This document shows, piece by piece, positions 1 to 10,292 of a DNA stretch of 42,048 nucleotides; positions within the stretch are counted from its first letter, which is position 1; each line of letters opens with the position of its first letter. The DNA comes from Candidatus Zixiibacteriota bacterium. GTDB lineage: Bacteria > Zixibacteria > MSB-5A5 > UM-FILTER-46-8. The stretch is from positions 1-42,048 of the forward strand of contig WJIJ01000064.1 of the NCBI GenBank assembly GCA_014730345.1. The letters run 5' to 3'. The notes under the pieces were generated by a model, which saw nothing but the letters and a program-made list of their open reading frames with translations, was not told where the DNA came from and searched no databases. Position numbers and translations under genes: made by a program.

Positions 1-360
1 CCCCCGCTATATTGCAAAATGTAGCTTTTATCATAGAGACCAAGAATATTACCGAGTTTCCACATCCCGGAGGCTCGGTAAAATTTTGCCCCATTACCAG
101 TTAGAGAAGTCAATACAATTTCAAAGGTAAAATTCTTTATCTGGTTCCTTGCTTGCAGGATGTTCTGACTGAGGATATTTTCGAATTCGGAGAATCTTTT
201 CTTTAATAAGTTGAGATCGATTTTAATCGGCGGTAATAGCCTTATATTGCCATTTCACATTATCAGCGTCATTCTCCTGTTAAAGGTCTCTCTGCCAGAC
301 TACTATAAATACTAATTTCTTCAAAATTCAGGCCACGCATTTCGCCCATAGTCGACGTCG

Positions 361-849
361 CTACATCTCGCTGTCGTCCAACTTTTTCATTTCTCTTAGA
401 ATACCAAGAGCGCTGGTACCAGTAGCCAGCTTAGCGAGCTTATCCATCCTGTTCTCATCCTGCTTGAATTTTTTCTCCAAACGAACCTTAAATGCTTGTT
501 GGAGGGTTTCCAGAAGCTTTTCCAGCTCGTAGGGTTTAGGCAAGTATCCAAATGCTCCGAGCTTGGTGCAATCCACTGCTGAATCTACCGAACCGTGACC
601 GGTGAGAATGATCACCTCGATATGTTTGTGTTCCTTTTTGAGAATCTCCAAAACCTGCTTTCCATCCATACCAGGCATTTTGAGGTCCAGGAGTGCAAGA
701 TCGAACTTTTCTTCGCGCGCGATTTCCACAGCTTCAGCACCTCTGGTCGCGGTGCGAACTTCGAAATCCCTCATCTCCAGCCGCTTTGCGATTGATTCGA
801 GAAACTTTTCCTCATCATCGACAATTAGGAGCTTAATCTTATTTGCCAT
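361..849 (-). CDS. Stand-alone response regulator receiver (CheY-like REC domain plus short C-terminal helical tail). The start is taken at MANKIKLLIVDDE, not the upstream in-frame Met of the ORF track.
   Basis: LLIVDDE...LDLKMPGMDG...LTGHGS receiver motifs. RBS AAAGGAA lies 8 nt before the ATG at 849. The ORF-track N-terminal extension overlaps the stop of the upstream gene at 869. Confidence 0.8.
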   Translation of the reverse strand: MANKIKLLIVDDEEKFLESIAKRLEMRDFEVRTATRGAEAVEIAREEKFDLALLDLKMPGMDGKQVLEILKKEHKHIEVIILTGHGSVDSAVDCTKLGAFGYLPKPYELEKLLETLQQAFKVRLEKKFKQDENRMDKLAKLATGTSALGILREMKKLDDSEM

Positions 850-868
850 TGTATATTCCTTTCTTATA

Positions 869-2902
869 TTAAAATCCGATATATCGCCAATATCCGAAAA
901 TTGTCCATCCCCAAAGTACCGCAAATGATAATATAAGTACTACCGCCCCATGTTTCAGAAAATCGGAAAGGGTTACCAGTTGTTCCCCGGTTACCGGGTC
1001 TTTTGCCATTGCATAGGCAATAGCATTTGAAGGCGTTCCGATTATTAACATATGGGCAAATGAAGATGCAAATGCGGTCGCAAATCCTATCATCCAGGGG
1101 TGTGTACCGCTAATGGTAGCCATAGGTACAGTAATAGGGCCAATCGCGGAAACAGTAGCACCATCACTCATGAAGTTTGTGGTCAAACCAGTGAACAGGC
1201 TGGCCGCCATAGCCAAACCAGAACCATCGCGCATGAAGTCAGGAAGAATAGACAAGAAACTGTCAGCCAGAAACAACGCACCTCCCGTCTCCGCCAAACC
1301 TTTACCCAGAGCGCTTGCACTCGCGTACAGGGCAATCACCTCCCAGTGAATTGTGGTAATATCCCGCCACTTCAATACTCTCAGTATATTGAGAAGAACC
1401 AACCCCAGAATGATGGGACCTCCCATACCGAACGTATCGCTGGCTCCGATCCAGAGCGCGATTACGCCCACAAGAACCGCGGCCGTGATATACTCGTTTC
1501 TGTTCATGGGGCCGATCTGCTCTGAAGCCTTATGTACGATCGCTGAAACGTTGAGTGATTTCACCTTTAATTGTGATCTGAACCGCAAGAAGAAGTATGC
1601 GGCAATTGCTAATGCCATTATGGGTACGAACGGCATACCGTAAGTCATCCATTCGCCAAACGTTGGAGCCATATTGTAGTCCTGCAATATGCCCATCATA
1701 ATCGCATTTCTGCCACCAGCCGCCGGCGATCCGGGCCCACCGGAGTTGGCTGTATAGCAAAGCGTCAGCGCGAACATTATAGCTAAGGCACGATCCTTCT
1801 TGATTCCAGCGGCTCGAATCGAAGTCACATAGACCATCATAAACAGCGGCATGATGAATGCTACCAGGGCATGTTCTGACACGAACGAGCACGCAAGCGC
1901 AAGAAGCGGCAGGAACAGGAACAGGAGGCGAGGTAGGGTCTTGGCAGGTCCCAGGAGCAACAGGCCGATTCTACGATCCAGCCCCGTTTTCGAGATTGCT
2001 ACCGCCATAGCCAAAACCCCGAAGATGAATATGACCGCATCCTTGGCATACGCTTTGGCAATGTCGTCCGGTCTCAGGATTCCTGTGAAGTACATCAGTA
2101 CGCCGACCAGAAGTGCGGTAATACCGACAGGCACAGCTCCGGAAGCCCAAAACAGCGCGGCTACAACCAGTGTTGCCAGCATGACACGAGCCTTGGCGGA
2201 CACCGTCTGGGGAGACTGGGCTATTTTTAGCTTCTCGCCGTTACTATCGAGGGATGTGCTGTATATCTTGTTTTTTCGGCTGTAATAGTCGGCTATCGTT
2301 TCGTTGTCATTCATCTGGCGATAACCGGCAAACCCCATGTTCAAGTCGGTCATCTGACCTGTCTTAGGTGCTGACAGAATGTCTATAAGGCGCTGAGGAG
2401 AAGGAGCAAGCAGTATTGCCGCGAAGATGAGCATACCGAGCAGTATAATACCAGGACGTGAATTGTGAGAGCCGATCAACCACTTCTTGAGCGAACCCTT
2501 CTCGACATGCGGAATCTCATGGCGTGCCATGACATGAGGTCTGTCTTCTCTGGCGGCCTCGATAGTCTTAAGAAGTTTGTCCATTTCGCATGGTTTCTCT
2601 AAATAAGCGTAAGCTTCCAGACGACCGGTTTCCATAGCCGATGCTATCGATCCATGACCAGTGAGCATTATTACCTGAATCGCAGGGCGATACTTCTTCA
2701 GCTCAGCCAGCGTTTGTTCACCACTTAATCCGGGCATCTTGAGATCAAGGAGAACAACATCTATATCGCTGTCACTCCTTGCAACCTTGATGGCGTCCTC
2801 TCCGTTTCCCGCCTCAATCGTCTCATATTCCCGAAGACGAAGCCGCTCCGCAAGGTCAGCTCTAAATTTAGTTTCATCATCCACGAGAAGGATTTTGGAC
2901 AT
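869..2902 (-). CDS. Fusion protein: N-terminal REC receiver domain (~125 aa) followed by a ~550-aa polytopic permease of the DASS/SLC13 (ion-transporter superfamily, CitMHS/Na-sulfate-symporter-like) type.
   Basis: N-terminus MSKILLVDDETKF...LDLKMPGLSG...LTGHGS is a REC domain. The membrane part has many TM helices and the two hairpin-tip motifs typical of DASS/SLC13 permeases (TANSGGPGSPAAGGRNAIMMG and IIGTPSNAIAYA). Confidence 0.75.
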   Translation of the reverse strand: MSKILLVDDETKFRADLAERLRLREYETIEAGNGEDAIKVARSDSDIDVVLLDLKMPGLSGEQTLAELKKYRPAIQVIMLTGHGSIASAMETGRLEAYAYLEKPCEMDKLLKTIEAAREDRPHVMARHEIPHVEKGSLKKWLIGSHNSRPGIILLGMLIFAAILLAPSPQRLIDILSAPKTGQMTDLNMGFAGYRQMNDNETIADYYSRKNKIYSTSLDSNGEKLKIAQSPQTVSAKARVMLATLVVAALFWASGAVPVGITALLVGVLMYFTGILRPDDIAKAYAKDAVIFIFGVLAMAVAISKTGLDRRIGLLLLGPAKTLPRLLFLFLPLLALACSFVSEHALVAFIMPLFMMVYVTSIRAAGIKKDRALAIMFALTLCYTANSGGPGSPAAGGRNAIMMGILQDYNMAPTFGEWMTYGMPFVPIMALAIAAYFFLRFRSQLKVKSLNVSAIVHKASEQIGPMNRNEYITAAVLVGVIALWIGASDTFGMGGPIILGLVLLNILRVLKWRDITTIHWEVIALYASASALGKGLAETGGALFLADSFLSILPDFMRDGSGLAMAASLFTGLTTNFMSDGATVSAIGPITVPMATISGTHPWMIGFATAFASSFAHMLIIGTPSNAIAYAMAKDPVTGEQLVTLSDFLKHGAVVLILSFAVLWGWTIFGYWRYIGF

Positions 2903-2906
2903 ACCG

Positions 2907-3503
2907 TTAATTCTCCTCTGTAAAATTGTTGGTTGTCTTAAGCATTTGTCTCATAAGTTCATCGCAAAGATCAGATAACCGGACTAATCCGACAGGTTTC
3001 TCATTCTCCGTCACTAATACAGATAAGGTCTGCCATTGCAACATCTTATGCACTACTTCACAAATCGGTGTATTCAGATCCAGGTGTTCTTCGAAGGGAG
3101 CCATGACGGAGCTAACGGATGCCTCGGCAGCCATTGCGCAACTCTCGGATAGATCCGCATGAAGAGCACGATAGTGTTCCAGGGCTGTCTCCATGATTGC
3201 ATCACTGACGCCGGCCCGTTCAAGTGCATCATGATCTCGAGACACACGACTCTTGGGCTCCATAGCCTTTAGAAGAGCCAGCTGGCCGAGTTTTCCTATA
3301 ATCCGACCATGTTTATCTGCGACCAGGACGGCTTGATATGGCTGTTTGCCGGTTTCTGTGTTTCGACGCGATTCATCCAGTCTGGTAACCGCTTCCAAAA
3401 CAGATGCTGAAGAGTTGACTAAAGGATATTTCTCTAAGGGAACCATCAGATCCTTTGCTTTTAAAGCGTTCATATTTTTGTTGACTCCTTTATCATTTAT
3501 CAT
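2907..3503 (-). CDS. CBS-domain pair protein
   Basis: Two CBS-like modules (AKDLMVPLEKYPLVNSSASVLEAVTRL... and VSSVMAPFEEHLDLNTPICEVVHKM...LVTENEKPVGLVRLSDL). The ATG at 3503 overlaps the upstream HK stop (ATGA), implying translational coupling; an alternative start is at 3473 (MNALKAK). Confidence 0.6.
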   Translation of the reverse strand: MINDKGVNKNMNALKAKDLMVPLEKYPLVNSSASVLEAVTRLDESRRNTETGKQPYQAVLVADKHGRIIGKLGQLALLKAMEPKSRVSRDHDALERAGVSDAIMETALEHYRALHADLSESCAMAAEASVSSVMAPFEEHLDLNTPICEVVHKMLQWQTLSVLVTENEKPVGLVRLSDLCDELMRQMLKTTNNFTEEN

Positions 3504-5190
3504 TTGGGTCTAATTGGTAAAATCAAGCGAAAAGTAGTCCCGATATCCTTGGTACTCTCAACCTCTATTTCTCCTCCAAGGTTGCGGATTATCCCATAAC
3601 TGACAGATAACCCAAGCCCCGTTCCTTTACCAACCTCCTTTGTTGTAAAGAACGGCAAAAATACTTTTTCCAACTGGTCTGTGGTCATACCACATCCGGT
3701 ATCACTTATGGCAATAACGATATTCTTTCCCCTCTTGGCAGTCCTTATGGTAATCTTACCGTCTTTGTCCCCAATGGCATCACCGGCATTGTTGATAATG
3801 TTAAGTATCACTTGCTGTAGCTGATTGGCATCGGTCCATAGTTTGTTCAGCGAATGATCATAGCGCCGTTCAATACTTATCTTTGAAACCGTTATTTCAG
3901 GCCCCAGCAGGCCGTCAACAACACCATCGATAATGCTGTGAATATCGTGCTCTTGAAGATTAGAATCGGTCTTTCTGACAAAGCGGAGAAGTTTACGGGT
4001 TATATCTCGGCATCGAAACGCCGCTTCCTGTATGGATGCAAGCCGATTACGGAGGTCATCCTGATCAAGCTTGTGTCCAAACTGAGGATCGGTATAATCC
4101 ATAAGGAGTCCCGACTCTTCGGTTATGACTGCCAGCGGATTGTTTATTTCGTGGGCTATTCCTGAAGCCAGTTCCCCAACCGATGCAAGCTTGGCGGCGT
4201 GCTCCAGTTAGGCGCGGGTTTGATCTGTTTCTTTCTGTTGAGCAACGAGTTTGCCGGCCCGGTTTACTATAACCACCGCGGCAATCAATATGAGCGCTCC
4301 AGAAACTAATAAGGAACGGGACTGCGGGCGATCAAGCAAAGCGCCGGATGCCGGTGTTGACTGCACTATCAGTGCCCAATCCGCGCTTCGTAACCGCCAG
4401 AAAGCATAGTGCAAAGTGCCTTGTTCAGACCGATATTCCCTGAATCCCGAAAGTTCTTCCGATGAAATAGTGATCGGGCACTTATCCAGAGGCTGCCCGA
4501 GTTCCGGCTTGACCAATTGATAGACTCCGGCGCGATTGACAATGTAGGTTGTAACATCTCCAGCTGTCTGCTGAGAAGCAACATACTCGTACATTCTCCC
4601 CGGGTCCAGCGTCGCTCGAAGTACGAGGAAGCGATCTCCGACGGTGCGTCTTACGGCAATAGTGAAATGCAGTTGCTGTGAAATCCCATATATACGTCGG
4701 TAATTACGAAGTAATTATCTGCCTCGGTCAAGGCGACGAACCAATCTTCATTGCGGTAATTGCGTGACTCCAATGACGGATAAGGACCGGCATAAGCAAT
4801 CTGCGCGCCTGAAGAATCAAAAAAACCGATATCGACAAAAGCTTCACTAACCCGTTGGAGGTCATTCAGATACTCGTTCATCGCTCCGGAAGTTGGAGGA
4901 TCGGAGAATCTCGGGTGGTCGACCAAATCGGCTAAATTTACCCGCCGCTCCGTCATGAAGAGGTCAAGTGTACTTGCCTGGTGCTCGGCGATTGTCCCCA
5001 GGTGAACACTACGACTTTCATTCTCAAGACCTGTATAGCGGTAATGAAAGTAAACTACCAGGATAACCAGCGGAGCCAGATATGTGAAAGCCATTCGAAC
5101 AACCTGCCTTCGCCGCCACTCTCGGTAGTGTTCAGCTTTGAAGGGTAAGGCTTCAGCGGATACCGTTGATTTATTTTTGTTTTGAGCCAA
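3500..5190 (-). pseudogene. Sensor histidine kinase (TM1 - periplasmic sensor - TM2 - HisKA - HATPase_c) disrupted by a frameshift near 4685-4700 and an in-frame TAA at 4208-4210
   Basis: Three consecutive ORFs (4651..5190, 4208..4594, 3500..4102) encode, in order, TM1 plus sensor, sensor end plus TM2, and HATPase_c (N, G1 DTGCG, G2 GTGLGL boxes). Translating past the TAA at 4208-4210 in the same frame gives LEHAAKLASVGELASGIAHEINNPL, the H-box, which is otherwise missing from all three ORFs. Confidence 0.6.
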
Positions 5191-5366
5191 TCTTCTTCTC
5201 CATTACTTCAAAGGCAATAAATCCACAAAGATACAGTCCCTCGCATATTCGAGAATAGACAAACCCGCTTTAAAAAACAAGATAAATAGAATTTAACGTT
5301 GTCTCATTTTTTCCTCCAAATTTCGACTATAAAAACTAAAATTCCCAACCTGCTTTAACTTTATAT

Positions 5367-5645
5367 TTAAGCGAATATCAGCTTGATCCAATCAATTCCC
5401 GTACGATATCTCAGGGCGCTGAGATGAGCGGGCGATTGCTTCTGTGACCATAATTCAATCATAACTGTTGAAATACCCAATGCCAAAGCTCCGCTTAAAA
5501 CTACGAATAATAGAAGCAGTATGGGAAAAATGGACGCGATCCGGCCCAATACAATTATCAGGATTATGTAAATCAGAGTGATTACTTTTATGATTGAGGA
5601 CAACGCCTCAAAAATAAGGTAATATGGTAGAGCGGCTAATCCCAA
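5367..5645 (-). CDS. Hypothetical small membrane protein (2-3 TM)
   Basis: ORF with long hydrophobic stretches. No recognisable family; could be a gene remnant. Confidence 0.25.
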   Translation of the reverse strand: MGLAALPYYLIFEALSSIIKVITLIYIILIIVLGRIASIFPILLLLFVVLSGALALGISTVMIELWSQKQSPAHLSALRYRTGIDWIKLIFA

Positions 5646-5757
5646 TACGCCATAAGACGGCTCAAAGACAATTTTGCGATGATACCATAATGTTTCCCAT
5701 AAACCGCGATGCCATCTATTTCTCTGGCGCGAAAGAGCGGGAATGTTTTCAGGTACT

Positions 5758-6174
5758 TCATTGGTTCTTGAAGGTTGGGATTGTAAGTAAATGGAGCGTG
5801 ACCCCTATAACGATGATTGCGAGAATTAACCTTATCCATAACGCTTCCGCCACATAATACCCGGAATATCCGATTGCAACATATAATAGTATTAAGGAAG
5901 TAACTTTTGCCCGTAGCGTCATTCCCTTACCTTCCCGGTAATTTTTAATATATTTTCCAAGCCATCTATTATTAATCAGCCAGTTATAGAACCTGTCCGA
6001 GCTTTTTGCGTAACAGGCCGCGGCCAGTAATAGGAAAGGAGTTGTAGGCAAAAGCGGTATAAAAATACCAAGCACCCCCAACGCTACGAATACGCTTCCC
6101 AATATTACTAATAGCCTCTTAAGGCTGATACTTTCACTTTTCCGATTACTGTCGTTGTTCATAATTGTATTCAA
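5758..6174 (-). CDS. YbaN-family inner membrane protein (DUF454)
   Basis: LGVLGIFIPLLPTTPFLLLAAACYAKSS.RF..WL......G.Y matches the YbaN/DUF454 signature and size (~130 aa, 4 TM). Confidence 0.75.
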   Translation of the reverse strand: MNTIMNNDSNRKSESISLKRLLVILGSVFVALGVLGIFIPLLPTTPFLLLAAACYAKSSDRFYNWLINNRWLGKYIKNYREGKGMTLRAKVTSLILLYVAIGYSGYYVAEALWIRLILAIIVIGVTLHLLTIPTFKNQ

Positions 6175-6305
6175 AATGGGTAGGGCATAGAAAAAAAGAA
6201 CCGGATTAAGAGTTTAAAGGTCAAACATGCGGTTCAGCATAAGGTTTGGCCTGTTCCATCCAAAATCATGAATTAACTGTAGTGTTACTTATTTCGTTCA
6301 TTTTT

Positions 6306-7016
6306 TTAATTACCTAAACAGGAATTTATTTCATTCCACCATTTGTAAACATTGCTGGATGTACCATACCAATCTCGAGCGAACAGAAATGGATGACTTG
6401 CACTGCTGAGGATAATATGAATTGAGCCTTTCAGCAATGCAGATTGCGCGGGGACAAGGCCATCGCCCTTTACATCCCCATTTCCACATATATATTTGTA
6501 GCAGTAATATGAAATCCTCGAGATCAGCGAATTTGTTTTCGCTCCATCTACCGCCGACCCGGCAATCGAAATATATTCAACATCGGGTTGGAAATAACCG
6601 TCAGGATATGTTTTCTGGACGTAGTTTCTCATGGCGGTACCGCGGATCCCGTAGTGAGGACTGCCGAGCGAGATCAAATGTGAGACATATTTTAAGCCAT
6701 TGAATTTATGTCCCATGAAATCATCCGGGCTTAGAAAGAGCCGGGCGATAACTCCGCCCGAACTATGACCGATAAGTGTTACCCTCCGGGAATATGACCT
6801 TTCCAGCGCTGTTTCCACCGTGTGTTTTAATTTGAATAAAATCCTGAGCCAACCATATTTACCAAATGCCCAAAACCAGTCGATTAAATTTATATCGCAA
6901 ATATATACCGGTTGGCTCGATAAATCATAGAGAGTACGGGACATATTTTTATAAAAAGATGGAATCGATAAAAAGCCTCCAATAATCACGATTGGCTGTT
7001 GGGAAAGCGGGTGCAT
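6306..7016 (-). CDS. Alpha/beta-hydrolase, lipase/esterase-like (GxSxG nucleophile elbow)
   Basis: LIGHSSGG pentapeptide and a downstream DGLVP Asp-containing motif. Sits 2 nt downstream of plsY, consistent with a lipid-metabolism context. Confidence 0.55.
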   Translation of the reverse strand: MHPLSQQPIVIIGGFLSIPSFYKNMSRTLYDLSSQPVYICDINLIDWFWAFGKYGWLRILFKLKHTVETALERSYSRRVTLIGHSSGGVIARLFLSPDDFMGHKFNGLKYVSHLISLGSPHYGIRGTAMRNYVQKTYPDGYFQPDVEYISIAGSAVDGAKTNSLISRISYYCYKYICGNGDVKGDGLVPAQSALLKGSIHIILSSASHPFLFARDWYGTSSNVYKWWNEINSCLGN

Positions 7017-7018
7017 TT

Positions 7019-7768
7019 TTATTTGGTTGGGACGCTTTTATCTTTGATTAGCCCCAGCTTTTTCCCCATTTTTAAGAGCCCCCTGCCCATGCCGGAAAGC
7101 TGCATGGTCTGGGTAGGATCTCCCCAACTTCCATCCCGCCTGATTTTCATCCACCGTTTGATTTCAGGAATCATGGCTATGATGAAAACGATATTCGCGG
7201 CTATAGCAAAAATTAAATAGTAAATGTTATGAGTGCGGAACCATAACCAGGGGATTATAAAGAGAACGCCCAGGATATAAGCGCTTAGCATATCCCTCAA
7301 TACAACCAAACCCAAAAGCATCCCGGGAATTGATGTAGCAAAAACACCTAACCAGTCTACGGCGAAAAGCGTACCGTAAATCGCTGATATACCCCTGCCG
7401 CCTTTGAATTTATGATATACTGGCCAGATATGCCCAACGAGGGCGAAAAACGCGGTAAGCAGGAAGTATGGTTGAGTTGTATATATCATCTTTATAATCA
7501 TGACCGGCGCGAAAACTTTCAACACGTCAAGGACGTAAGTCAAAAAACCATATTTAGCGCCAATTTGTATCGACACTGAGGAAGCGCTCACAGTTTTTAA
7601 AACCATTTTCTCATCGCTTCCATCCAGGCTTAGCTCGGTTTCCTCGGCGGTTTTCTTGCCATGCCCAAAAATTGAGATTACAATTCTTGCCGATGACACC
7701 GCCCCGATGAAGTAACCTATAGCGGAAGATAAAATTACAGTATTTATTTGCCAATTTTCCATGCTCAT
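7019..7768 (-). CDS. plsY: Glycerol-3-phosphate acyltransferase PlsY (acyl-phosphate dependent), with an internal insertion and a C-terminal extension
   Basis: N-terminal AIGYFIGAVSSARIV, LDVLKVFAPV and HIWPVYHKFKGGRGISAIYG match the PlsY motifs. 4-nt ATGA overlap with the upstream PEP-utilising enzyme gene. Confidence 0.7.
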   Translation of the reverse strand: MSMENWQINTVILSSAIGYFIGAVSSARIVISIFGHGKKTAEETELSLDGSDEKMVLKTVSASSVSIQIGAKYGFLTYVLDVLKVFAPVMIIKMIYTTQPYFLLTAFFALVGHIWPVYHKFKGGRGISAIYGTLFAVDWLGVFATSIPGMLLGLVVLRDMLSAYILGVLFIIPWLWFRTHNIYYLIFAIAANIVFIIAMIPEIKRWMKIRRDGSWGDPTQTMQLSGMGRGLLKMGKKLGLIKDKSVPTK

Positions 7769-10251
7769 CTTAAATATACCCTTCCTTCATCCGCGTTCAA
7801 AACAATATTTTGGCCATCCCTTATTAAAATAGTAGCGTTTTTTACGCTTACAATTGCGGGCAATCCATATTCTCTGGCTATAATCGATGTATGTGAAAGC
7901 TGTCCTCCGGTTTCCGCTATCACTCCCCCGATTGAGGTGTAAATCGGAGTCCATCCCGCGTCGGTAAAAGGCACAACCAGTATATCGTCTTTACTCAAAT
8001 TATCAGAAGCAAAAGATGGATCGAGTACTATCCGCGCTTTCCCTTTTACAAGACCGGGACTGCCGCATATACCTACAAGATATTCCTGGTTTTCAAACCC
8101 GGATAAAGATTTATATGTGATTTTATCTCCGCAGATAGTATCCGATGGCTCGACCTTCAAGTCAGCTTCATATTCATTCTTGCGTTTCGATACCCGTCGT
8201 TTAATTTCATCATTGCTTATATCATCCTCGATAAGCATTTTAATTTCGTCAATAAACAAAAAGAAAATGTCGTCCGCGTTTTCAATTATTCCCCGAGATA
8301 GAAATCTCTCGGCTAATGATAAAATAAGCCGCCGCATCTGGTAAACATCTTCAGACATTAACATGCTTATACTTTCCCGCATATCGATGTAATCCTTAGT
8401 ACTTGATAAAATCCTTTTAAACCTGATCCTTTTAACAGGACTCAATTTACTGAGTACGGATGTATAAGAGCGGTGCCGGCTGAGTTCGATTTCATCCCCT
8501 TCGGGCTGGAGTTTTCCTCTCGCTTTAAGACCAACTGATTTCCAGATGAATGCCGGTTCTTCACGCCATGGAATTGCCGAAAAATCAGTTCCGTTCGCGC
8601 TTAAAAATCCAAACATATCCATGAATTCCCGCATATCTTCGAGCAATTCCCTTCCCTGAGAAGACTTATTCAGGTAATCATTTATTTCATCAATATCACC
8701 ACCAGCCAAAACTTCAATTGCCTCTGTCTCGAGTTTTTTTGCCTTTAAAGCCATCGCCTGGATGTACTGATTTGGTTCCATCGCCTTAAGCCCTACCAGG
8801 CCCCGAAGAAGCTGTTGCGGCCGAACATCCGGCGCGTTAGCCTTGACGAACTTGCCGAGACGTTTGCTTCTTATCATCATATTAATTCCAGCAACGACAA
8901 CGTACCATTGCGTTAAAGCGTGGATTTCCATGAGCTTGCTGATATTATCATATAACAACCGCTCGTTCACATTCGACCAATCCGACTCCCTGAGGGGCTT
9001 AAGCCTGTTTTGGTGTGCGCTTACAAAATTTCTCATATCCTCCAGTGACCTTGTAAATCGCCAAATGAAAGGTCCGTACCGCATTAGCCGTGAAATTACC
9101 TTTATTGATAATCGCAGTCTGGTTTGTATGGATTTCTCATCGCGGGCAATCACTTCCAAATAGTTTTTCGGCAAACCAACCTTTTCAAGCAGTTCCCCCA
9201 TAAATGTTATATCTGTATAGACCCTGGAATGTACCTGTTTCATCAACAGGGAGAAGTCGTAATTATTTGGACCGATAAGGGTGTTGAACAATCTGCCAAA
9301 AACGTTAACAGCCATGGAGCGTATATTGGAGGACCATAGAAGCGGTTTAATCAGGCCGGGAATCATATCGGATACAAGGCGATTTGAATAGATATGTTTT
9401 CCAACAAGCGACGTGATGGGACGGATTTGAAGCAGGTAGAGGCCGCTATCATCCCATGCCCACTCGACATCAACAGGCATTCGGGTCGACCGGGCAAGTC
9501 TGGTCATATAATCATTTATCATTGAAATCTGGAACCTGTCCAGCACCGGTTTTTCGGGGTCGCGAAGCGAAAATTCGGAAATAATCCCGCGCGCGTCAAT
9601 CCAGTAGCGGTCGGGATCAACACTCCCCTCCACGAGATTTTTACCCAATCCCCTGACAGCCTCGATAAGGGTTCCCCGCTGTCCGGTGATAGGGTCGGCG
9701 CTAAAGGCGACTCCCGCCGACTTAGCGTCAACCATCTCCTGTAAAACAACCGCCATTCGCGGATTGCATTGAGCCCGGCTCCCGGGAACATTTTCAAGAT
9801 AAAATTTTAGCCTGTTGTTCAACAGCGAAGAGTAGCACAACCTTATGGAATCTAACAACTCTTCCGCTGATTGGATATTCAAATAAGTGTCGAGCTGACC
9901 TGCGCAGGAGGCTAAGATATCATCCTCGCCGATCATGGAGGAACGCGCCGCCACAGGTTTTTTAAGTTGCTTGAAGGCTTTTAGAACTTCCTTATTGCAG
10001 GGCCGGGGTATTTCACCATTTATGATCGCATCCCTAAGTCGGGAAATTACATTATCAGTTAAAAGGCTGGTATCTTTGAAAACAATGTTATTGTAATCGA
10101 GGAATTCTTCAAATCCATAGACCGTTATAACAAAGCCGCGCGGTATGGGGTATCCCAGTTTAATTAACCTCGCTAATCCCGCTCCTTTTCCTCCGGAGAT
10201 TTCCGATTGAAGCGCCTTTTTATCGCTCAGTTTTAGAACTCGGCATGGCAT
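7765..10251 (-). CDS. PEP-utilising enzyme of the PEP synthase / pyruvate,water-dikinase-like family (PpsA- or rifampicin-phosphotransferase-like architecture)
   Basis: N-terminal ATP-grasp/PEP-binding region (GGKGAGLARL). C-terminal mobile phospho-histidine domain (TGGQLSHTSIIAREYGLPAIVSV). ~830 aa. Confidence 0.7.
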   Translation of the reverse strand: MPCRVLKLSDKKALQSEISGGKGAGLARLIKLGYPIPRGFVITVYGFEEFLDYNNIVFKDTSLLTDNVISRLRDAIINGEIPRPCNKEVLKAFKQLKKPVAARSSMIGEDDILASCAGQLDTYLNIQSAEELLDSIRLCYSSLLNNRLKFYLENVPGSRAQCNPRMAVVLQEMVDAKSAGVAFSADPITGQRGTLIEAVRGLGKNLVEGSVDPDRYWIDARGIISEFSLRDPEKPVLDRFQISMINDYMTRLARSTRMPVDVEWAWDDSGLYLLQIRPITSLVGKHIYSNRLVSDMIPGLIKPLLWSSNIRSMAVNVFGRLFNTLIGPNNYDFSLLMKQVHSRVYTDITFMGELLEKVGLPKNYLEVIARDEKSIQTRLRLSIKVISRLMRYGPFIWRFTRSLEDMRNFVSAHQNRLKPLRESDWSNVNERLLYDNISKLMEIHALTQWYVVVAGINMMIRSKRLGKFVKANAPDVRPQQLLRGLVGLKAMEPNQYIQAMALKAKKLETEAIEVLAGGDIDEINDYLNKSSQGRELLEDMREFMDMFGFLSANGTDFSAIPWREEPAFIWKSVGLKARGKLQPEGDEIELSRHRSYTSVLSKLSPVKRIRFKRILSSTKDYIDMRESISMLMSEDVYQMRRLILSLAERFLSRGIIENADDIFFLFIDEIKMLIEDDISNDEIKRRVSKRKNEYEADLKVEPSDTICGDKITYKSLSGFENQEYLVGICGSPGLVKGKARIVLDPSFASDNLSKDDILVVPFTDAGWTPIYTSIGGVIAETGGQLSHTSIIAREYGLPAIVSVKNATILIRDGQNIVLNADEGRVYLR

Positions 10252-10292
10252 AGTCTTTGATAGCCGTAATTATTTATCTATAAAGCGAAACT

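Noticed and set aside
1100-2285. Several plus-strand ORFs (1100..1525, 1113..1349, 1353..1643, 1851..2285) inside the REC::permease gene
   Set aside because: They are antisense shadows of a long, well-supported membrane-protein gene, with Arg/Ser-rich low-complexity translations. Similar shadow ORFs throughout the window (e.g. 8117..8344, 21999..22565, 27922..28347, 34073..34567, 39690..40226) were likewise ignored.
4208-4210. Stop-codon reassignment (TAA read as sense) as an explanation for the in-frame stop in the kinase
   Set aside because: Every other gene in the window terminates normally at TAA/TAG/TGA with consistent lengths, and the same kinase also has a frameshift, so decay or sequencing error is the parsimonious explanation.
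5636-5839. 67-aa ORF overlapping the 3' end of the YbaN-like gene
   Set aside because: It overlaps the conserved C-terminal helix of the YbaN-family protein in another frame, with no motif and no RBS.
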